Made by a program: the position numbers and the translations under genes. The notes under the pieces were generated by a model that worked only from the letters and a program-made list of their open reading frames with translations, ran no database searches and was not told the origin of the DNA. Shown one piece after another: positions 58,123 through 64,000 of a stretch of 64,000 nt of DNA. Source of the stretch: Chthoniobacter flavus (GTDB lineage Bacteria; Verrucomicrobiota; Verrucomicrobiia; Chthoniobacterales; JACTMZ01); NCBI GenBank assembly GCA_945878135.1, contig CAMDUL010000003.1, forward strand, positions 5,972-69,971, written 5' to 3'. Every line of letters starts with the position of its first letter. The stretch's first letter is position 1.

Positions 58123-59631
58123 TCACATCATGGGACGCAGCACCTGCAGACCGGAGGTCTCCCGCGCGGCCGCCAGCCACTGCGCGAAAAGAAGCATTTC
58201 TTTGCCCTGCCGCATGCCTTCTTCGATTTTCGGCCGGCGCTCGGCCAGCGCCTCGGCGCCGGGTTCGTTCCGCGCCGCCACGTAGGCGGCGAAGCCGCCC
58301 TCAGGTCCGGGCACGAACTCGCCAAGCGTGCCGACCGCCTGATCCATCACCGCCATGGCCACCCGCCGTTGGGCGGGCGTGAGGTCCTCGGCGAAAGGGG
58401 AGACTCCCTTCATGGTCTCGGTGTCGGCTTCGGCCGCCTTGACCGCCGCGGCGAACGAATCTCCCTTGGCCATGGCCTCGCGCACCTTGCCCAAGGTCGC
58501 CGCCGCCGCCTCTTGCAACGCGACCGCGCGCTTCTGCTCGATGAGGCCCGCACGCAGCCCGGCACTCGCCTCCTCCAAGGTCAGCGGGCGCGCCGCCTGC
58601 ACCTCGGCCACTTCGATGATGGCGTAGCCGTCCTGCGCGAGCTCGATGATTTCGAAGTTTCCCGGTGCGGCCGGCAGACGGAAAGCCACCGCCGCCGCAG
58701 CGGGCACAACTTCGCCGTCAAGATCGGCCAAAGCCCCCGTGGTCGCACCGCCGGCCCCGAACAAAGGACTCGTGCGGACCTCCAAACCGCGGGCTTGGGC
58801 GGTATCGGACAAAGAAGCCCCCTCGCCCAGCGCCTGCGTCAAGTCGCCCGTCGCAGTGGCCAATTTTTGCAAAGCCGCCACGCGGTCTTTGTCCGGCAAC
58901 TCCTTCTCCCCCGGGGTCAGCACGAGGGCGACATAGCGCACCGAGCGTTTTTCCGGCGCCTGCAGGGTGGACTTCTTTTCCTCGAATGCCTTTTGCAATT
59001 CCTCGTCGGTCACCGTGATGCCGCGGACGGCGGCCGCGTCGAAGCGCAGGACCTCGAGGTCGACGGGAGCGACGCGCTGCAGCGCCGGTTCCACCTCGCC
59101 CGGCAGCAGCACCGCCGGTGCCTGCACCAGCGCCTTCACGCCCTCGAGACGCAAAGAGTCTTTGATCACGTCCTCGAGCTGCCGCTCGGTGAAACCGCGG
59201 GGCGCCAGCTGCTCCTGCATGAAGCCCGAGTATTTCACAGGGTCGAATTTCCCGTCGGTCTGGAAAACCGGCAATGCCTTGATGCGTTCGACCACGGCCG
59301 CATCGCCGGGCTCGACGCCGAGTTGCCGTGCCTCGTGCTGCAGGACCATGAGGTTCCAAATGAAATTGTTGGCCGCCTCGTCCTCCGTCTGGGCTTGGCC
59401 GGCAAGATCGCGCACCAGGTCGAACTGCCCCAGGGCGAGCGCCAACTGGTAGACGCGGACCGCCCTTTCGATATCCACGGTCATGACGTCCCGCCCGTAA
59501 ATGCGGGCCACGATATTCGAACCCACCCGGTCCATTTCCGTGGTGTTGTACAAAAACGCGAATGCGATGATGGTGAGGAAGGCGATGAGCACCATGAGCC
59601 AGCGCTGGTGCTTGCGGATAGTCGTGAACAT
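58123..59631 (-). CDS. SurA N-terminal/PpiD-like periplasmic chaperone
   Basis: N-terminal TM anchor; FQTDGKFDP.KY, PEKRSVRYV and LTLEEA patterns. Confidence 0.75.
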   Translation of the reverse strand: MFTTIRKHQRWLMVLIAFLTIIAFAFLYNTTEMDRVGSNIVARIYGRDVMTVDIERAVRVYQLALALGQFDLVRDLAGQAQTEDEAANNFIWNLMVLQHEARQLGVEPGDAAVVERIKALPVFQTDGKFDPVKYSGFMQEQLAPRGFTERQLEDVIKDSLRLEGVKALVQAPAVLLPGEVEPALQRVAPVDLEVLRFDAAAVRGITVTDEELQKAFEEKKSTLQAPEKRSVRYVALVLTPGEKELPDKDRVAALQKLATATGDLTQALGEGASLSDTAQARGLEVRTSPLFGAGGATTGALADLDGEVVPAAAAVAFRLPAAPGNFEIIELAQDGYAIIEVAEVQAARPLTLEEASAGLRAGLIEQKRAVALQEAAAATLGKVREAMAKGDSFAAAVKAAEADTETMKGVSPFAEDLTPAQRRVAMAVMDQAVGTLGEFVPGPEGGFAAYVAARNEPGAEALAERRPKIEEGMRQGKEMLLFAQWLAAARETSGLQVLRPMM

Positions 59632-59684
59632 GGGATGTAAAGGTTGAAAAACGGCGAGCTTTGGATTATCTCAACCCTTTCAGG

Positions 59685-60425
59685 ATGAAAGCAAGCCCCC
59701 TCCCCGCCCTCCTCGTGCTCGCCTGCCTTGCCACGACCGGCCCGGCCGCCGCGCAGGACGCGGTCATTCTCAAAAACGGCACCGCCCGCGAGGGCAAGAT
59801 CACCGGGGTGAGCGGCGGCAACGTCCGGGTGCAAACCCCGAACGGCACCACGGGCACGCCGATCTCGGAGATCCGGGAAATCCGCATGGCCGCGCCACCG
59901 GAATTCGACGCCGCCGCATCGCAACTCGCCGCCGGCGACGCCCCGGGCGCGGTGGCTGCCCTGACCGCCGTCAACGAGAAGTTCTCCGGGCTCCCGGCTG
60001 CCTGGGCCGAACGCGCCGCCGCCCTGCTCGGCGATGCCAAACTGGCGGCCGGCGACAAAGAGGGTGCGGCTGCGGCTTATGACACTCTGACCAAGACCTA
60101 CCCGCAGGCCACCGCGCTGGCCAACCTCGGCCGCGCCCGCCTGGCCGTCGATGCCGGGAAGTTTGCCGAGGCGGCACCGCTGCTCTCGCCCTTGCTGGCC
60201 TCGTCGGACCGGGTGGTTTTTCCCCCGCCGGCCGAAGGCCCGGCACTCTGCCAAGCCAACTACCTGATGGGTCGCGTGGAGGAGGCCTCCGGTGACTACC
60301 CGTCCGCCCTGACCAGTTACCTGAAGGCAGCCGCCCTTTTTCCCTTCGACCAAAACGCCGCGAGCGATGCGCAAAAACGCGCCGATGCCCTGCGGGCCGA
60401 GCACGCCGGCTTGATCGCACCTTGA
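59685..60425 (+). CDS. Exported TPR-containing protein
   Basis: Signal peptide; helical TPR-like repeats (A.YDTLTKTYP, YLMGRVEE..GDYPSAL.SYL). Confidence 0.75.
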   Translation: MKASPLPALLVLACLATTGPAAAQDAVILKNGTAREGKITGVSGGNVRVQTPNGTTGTPISEIREIRMAAPPEFDAAASQLAAGDAPGAVAALTAVNEKFSGLPAAWAERAAALLGDAKLAAGDKEGAAAAYDTLTKTYPQATALANLGRARLAVDAGKFAEAAPLLSPLLASSDRVVFPPPAEGPALCQANYLMGRVEEASGDYPSALTSYLKAAALFPFDQNAASDAQKRADALRAEHAGLIAP

Positions 60426-60448
60426 TTTTCCCTGATACCAAAGCAGCC

Positions 60449-61357
60449 ATGACTTCCAACCGCTCCCTTCCTGTCCCTTTCCTCCTGCTCGCCGGCCTGA
60501 TGGCCGCCCCGCCCGCACGCGCCGCGGAAACAGAGGGGGGAAGCACCTCGATCATCGAGATGATCCTCCACGGCGGGCCGCTCATCATCATGATCTGGCT
60601 GGCCATCATCGCCACGTCCATCGTCATGGTGACCTTCATCATCCAACTTTTCCTGCAGGTCCGCCGCCAGAGCCTCGCCCCGAAAGCCCTCGTGGACGCG
60701 CTCGATGAGTCCTTGCGGGCCGGGAATTTCCAGGAGGCCTGGGAGACCTGCCGCGCCAACACCAAGACCTACATCGCCGCCGTGCTCGGCGGGGCGCTCG
60801 AACGCATCGGGCGCGGCAAAGATGCCACGGACAACGCCCTCATCGAGTTGGGCGTGCGCGAGTCGCAGGCCTTCAAGACCCGCAACAGCTATCTCTCGGT
60901 CATCGGCGTCATCGCGCCGATGATCGGTCTGCTTGGCACGGTCATCGGCATGATGGGCGCCTTCGCCGTCCTCGGACAATCCGGCGTCTCCGACCCGCGC
61001 AAACTGGCCATGAGCATCGGCGAGGTGCTGCTCGCCACGGCGAGCGGCCTCTTCATCGCCATCCCCGCGTTCATCTTCTATTACTACTTCCGCAACCGGA
61101 TCAACGACGCCACGGTTTACGCGGACAGCGAATTGAACCATCTGGTCGAAGATATACCGTTCGACGAAGTGCAGGGCCTGCGCATCGGGGAGAATTTCAA
61201 CGCCGGCGACGGCCTCACCGCCGGATCCCCGCTGTCGAAGGTCTCCCACAAGGTCTCCATGCAGCTTTCGACCAACTGCCCCGTCTGCCAGGCGGCCATC
61301 GTGGCCGGACAGAACCCCTGCCCGAGCTGCGGAACCACCCTCGACTGGCAGTCCTGA
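60449..61357 (+). CDS. MotA/TolQ/ExbB proton-channel protein with C-terminal Zn ribbon
   Basis: IAPMIGLLGTV.GM..AF, LLATASGL.IAIPA; tail CPVC...CPSC. Confidence 0.88.
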   Translation: MTSNRSLPVPFLLLAGLMAAPPARAAETEGGSTSIIEMILHGGPLIIMIWLAIIATSIVMVTFIIQLFLQVRRQSLAPKALVDALDESLRAGNFQEAWETCRANTKTYIAAVLGGALERIGRGKDATDNALIELGVRESQAFKTRNSYLSVIGVIAPMIGLLGTVIGMMGAFAVLGQSGVSDPRKLAMSIGEVLLATASGLFIAIPAFIFYYYFRNRINDATVYADSELNHLVEDIPFDEVQGLRIGENFNAGDGLTAGSPLSKVSHKVSMQLSTNCPVCQAAIVAGQNPCPSCGTTLDWQS

Positions 61358-61360
61358 CCC

Positions 61361-61840
61361 ATGTCCGACGCCGCCCCCCAGCGAGGCAAGAAAAAGCGCC
61401 GTCAGCCCGAACCGGAAGCCGATCCGGAGTTCCAGATCGCACCGATGATCGACATCCTGCTCGTGCTCCTCGTTTTCTTCATGTCGATCAGCTCGACCGA
61501 GGTGCTGCAGTCGAACAAAGACATCCGCCTGCCGGTGGCCAAGGAGGCGAAAGACGCCAAGGAAAATCCCGGCCAGATCATCGTCAACCTCGCGGTCAGT
61601 CCGATCAGCAACGCCGTGGCCATCAGCGTGAACGAAAAGGATTACCCGTCGCCCGGCGACCTCATCCCCGTCCTGCAAAACCACATCCAGAAAAACCCCA
61701 TGGTGCGCGTCCTCATCCGCGCCGACAAAGATGTGCGCTACTCGTCCATGAAAAGCCTGCTCGAAGCGGTCGGACGGGCCGGCATTGCCAATGTGACTTT
61801 TTCCGTCGTCGACAAGGAGGCGGCGCCCACGCCTTCGTAA
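61361..61840 (+). CDS. ExbD/TolR biopolymer transport protein
   Basis: IAPMIDILLVLLVFFM and IRADKDV. Confidence 0.9.
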   Translation: MSDAAPQRGKKKRRQPEPEADPEFQIAPMIDILLVLLVFFMSISSTEVLQSNKDIRLPVAKEAKDAKENPGQIIVNLAVSPISNAVAISVNEKDYPSPGDLIPVLQNHIQKNPMVRVLIRADKDVRYSSMKSLLEAVGRAGIANVTFSVVDKEAAPTPS

Positions 61841-61881
61841 GGTGCTTGCGCCGCGACCGCACCGGGTAGAATTATCGTGTT

Positions 61882-62301
61882 ATGGGTGGTTCCGCAGGCT
61901 CCGAGGACGGCGACGTCGGTTTCCAGATCGCTCCGATGGTGGACGTGGTCTTCGTTCTTCTTTTGTTCTTCATGGCCTCGGCCGGTTCGCAGGTCGTGGA
62001 GCGCGAGTTGAACATCAGCCTGCCCAGCGGACGCGGCGGCGCGGCCAGCGGCCCCCCGCCCACGCCGGTCATTATCGACATCGGCGCCGACGGGGTGGTC
62101 AGCATGAACAACCGCATCTTCGACACCCCGGCCAGCAAGGAACTCCCCGAGCTGCGCGCGCAACTCAAAGACAATATCGACCGCTTCGGCGACAAGGATC
62201 CGGTCATCATCCGCCCGGACGAAAACGCCCGGCAGGAACGCGTCATCGACGTGCTCAACTCCGCCGCCGCAGCCGGGGTGAAAAACCTGACCTTCAGTTA
62301 G
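61882..62301 (+). CDS. ExbD/TolR biopolymer transport protein (second paralog)
   Basis: IAPMVDVVFVLLLFFM and IIRPDENA. Confidence 0.9.
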   Translation: MGGSAGSEDGDVGFQIAPMVDVVFVLLLFFMASAGSQVVERELNISLPSGRGGAASGPPPTPVIIDIGADGVVSMNNRIFDTPASKELPELRAQLKDNIDRFGDKDPVIIRPDENARQERVIDVLNSAAAAGVKNLTFS

Positions 62302-62310
62302 CCGCGAGGC

Positions 62311-63999
62311 TCAACCCGAATACGCCGCCGGTTCGGGAACCGACGGCTCGGCTCCTGTCGTGCCGACGAGGCTTTCGAGGTAACCGGCGGCATGGACCCC
62401 GGACAATTTGGCCCGCGCGCTCTCCAAGCGACGGACAAGACCCAGTCGCTCGACGACGCCGGCGTTGCCCGGTTGGCGCACCACCTTCTCCAAGTAGGCC
62501 GCGTGGCGCTCCCAAAGACGGACATCGACCCCCTGCTTGGCCCGGAGGCGCTCGCGATACCAGTCGCTGGCCAGCACGCTTTCGCGGGTGAAGAGCGCGC
62601 GGATTTCCGGATCGGCCAGAGTTTTTTCCCCGAAATGGTCATCGCGCATGATGTGGAGCAGAGCTTGGAGCGGCGGGCAGGCCCATTCGATGCTGCCGTC
62701 GGCGAAATAGTGCGCAGCCACCCGTTTCTGCGTGGCCACCACATTCTCCACGCCCTCGACAAACAGATCCATGCCCTGCAACTCGGGCCGGAGCATCTCG
62801 TCGGTCAGCACGACGTGCGGGTGATTGAAAACGCGGCCGAAGAAAGTGTTGGCGAACTTCTTGGTGATGCGGCTGCCGAGACGGCCGGCCAGAACGGGGC
62901 GCCCCTCGTGCTCGAAGTCGGCCAAGCGCTCGAGATAGCCGTGGGCCAAGAGGAAGGCGGGCGACCGCTCTTCGACCGACATGCGGCACCAGACCTCCGG
63001 CACGAGCAGACTGATGTCGTGGTCGACGCGGGCATGCGGACCGACACAGCCGGCGGCGGTGACAAATCCCTCGTAGCCGCTGAGGGCATACGAAACGAGC
63101 GCGGAATTGAGGTCGTAAACCGGAGGCAAAGCATTGAAGGGCCCCTTGGTCAGTGCACCCTCCGACCCCGCCCCGGTCGTCGAGGGAGACTTGCCCGTCA
63201 TGCTGCAGATGAACTCCATGAAGAGCTCCGGCAACTCCATGTGGTGGATCGGATTGTAGACGGCCAGCGAACGGATGCCCGCACCCTTGTCGGGCGGGTT
63301 GTTGCGGCGGCCGGACAACACGGCGTTGACGGGGGTGAGCGCCGGTTGCTCCGCCCGCAGCCCGCGGGCCAGACGGATGCCGACCCCGGCGAGATACCGT
63401 CCGCGCGGGTCAAGCAGATCGGGACGCGTCTGCAGGTAGCGCGGATTCTTGGTCGGACGGCCTTCGACCAGGCGCGGGTTGGCATTGCCGACGAAAAACG
63501 CGGGGTGACCGGACGCGACGTAGCCCTCGATCAATTTCTGCATCGGACGCGTGTATTCGTGAAAACCGATGGCGTCTTCGAGAATGGTCTGCGCGTCCCG
63601 GATGGTCAGTGGCTGGTAGTTCGAAAAGAAATTCCCGCCGTGCGCGAAATCGGACTCCGTCACTTTGTCATAGCCACGGTAAACGGCATCGTCCGGCCGC
63701 TGGAAGAGCCGGTATTCGCAATTGTGGACGAACTTCACCCCGGGCAGGCCCGCGGTCTGCGCGTCGAGCAGCGTGGCGAGATGCCCGCGGGGCACCAGGG
63801 TGGAAGCGGTGATGTCGTCTTCCATCTGGATCTTCACCGCGGGGAAGTAGTCCTTGCGCAGCCCGAAGGTGCGCCACGAGTCTTCAGCGTCGAAGCCGAC
63901 GCGCAGGAAATTGGCCACCAGTTTGCGGCGCTGGAAGCGCAACTCGTTGGCCGGGTGACCGTTGACCGTGTCGACGCTGAAGTTCTCCCTCCAGTGCTC
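62311..63999 (-). CDS. Probable PPi-dependent phosphoenolpyruvate carboxykinase (5' end lies outside the window)
   Basis: Frame is open to the window edge; CEYRLFQRPDDA, KNPRYLQ.RPD and GKSPSTTGAGSEGALTKGPFNAL recalled as motifs of the PPi-PEPCK family. Confidence 0.65.
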   Translation of the reverse strand, partial: EHWRENFSVDTVNGHPANELRFQRRKLVANFLRVGFDAEDSWRTFGLRKDYFPAVKIQMEDDITASTLVPRGHLATLLDAQTAGLPGVKFVHNCEYRLFQRPDDAVYRGYDKVTESDFAHGGNFFSNYQPLTIRDAQTILEDAIGFHEYTRPMQKLIEGYVASGHPAFFVGNANPRLVEGRPTKNPRYLQTRPDLLDPRGRYLAGVGIRLARGLRAEQPALTPVNAVLSGRRNNPPDKGAGIRSLAVYNPIHHMELPELFMEFICSMTGKSPSTTGAGSEGALTKGPFNALPPVYDLNSALVSYALSGYEGFVTAAGCVGPHARVDHDISLLVPEVWCRMSVEERSPAFLLAHGYLERLADFEHEGRPVLAGRLGSRITKKFANTFFGRVFNHPHVVLTDEMLRPELQGMDLFVEGVENVVATQKRVAAHYFADGSIEWACPPLQALLHIMRDDHFGEKTLADPEIRALFTRESVLASDWYRERLRAKQGVDVRLWERHAAYLEKVVRQPGNAGVVERLGLVRRLESARAKLSGVHAAGYLESLVGTTGAEPSVPEPAAYSG

Positions 64000-64000
64000 G

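Overview
High-GC bacterial chromosomal segment, most likely Verrucomicrobiota/PVC. This is inferred from the PVC-signature small basic protein, the nusA-infB-rbfA-DHH-truB-ribF gene order without rimP, the long-form IspG and a TPR-ExbB-ExbD-ExbD cluster. Most of the window is housekeeping or metabolic: a translation operon, tRNA-Val(CAC), tRNA-Gln(UUG), rseP-ispG-ABC, pdxH, PPi-type PFK, CCA enzyme, udg, class II RNR with tandem NrdR-like boxes, a partial reductive pyrimidine catabolism cluster, methylmalonyl-CoA mutase, gnd, lpxL, metG, and a truncated probable PPi-PEPCK at the right edge. An approximately 11 kb accessory block (14.3-25.4 kb) carries an AraC regulator, arylsulfatase, HAD, DUF3302/HlyD, an NTF2-like protein, a secreted Arg/Pro-rich protein, a wHTH-like protein and a hydrolase. 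Two type II TA pairs are present. The most notable signals are: (1) a four-helix-bundle gene inside the cca-udg operon, flanked and invaded by AT-rich AAATYTS heptamer arrays, with a second heptamer family and GTAG REP-like elements elsewhere; (2) a 20-bp motif present three times that appears to define an AraC regulon; (3) a single-chain MutA-remnant/MutB mutase coupled to a biotin-domain-less carboxyltransferase; (4) a tiny secreted 6-Cys peptide; (5) an ExbB/TolQ with a C-terminal zinc ribbon. No CRISPR array, integrase, transposase or reverse transcriptase was seen. All family assignments come from motif recognition by eye, not database searches.
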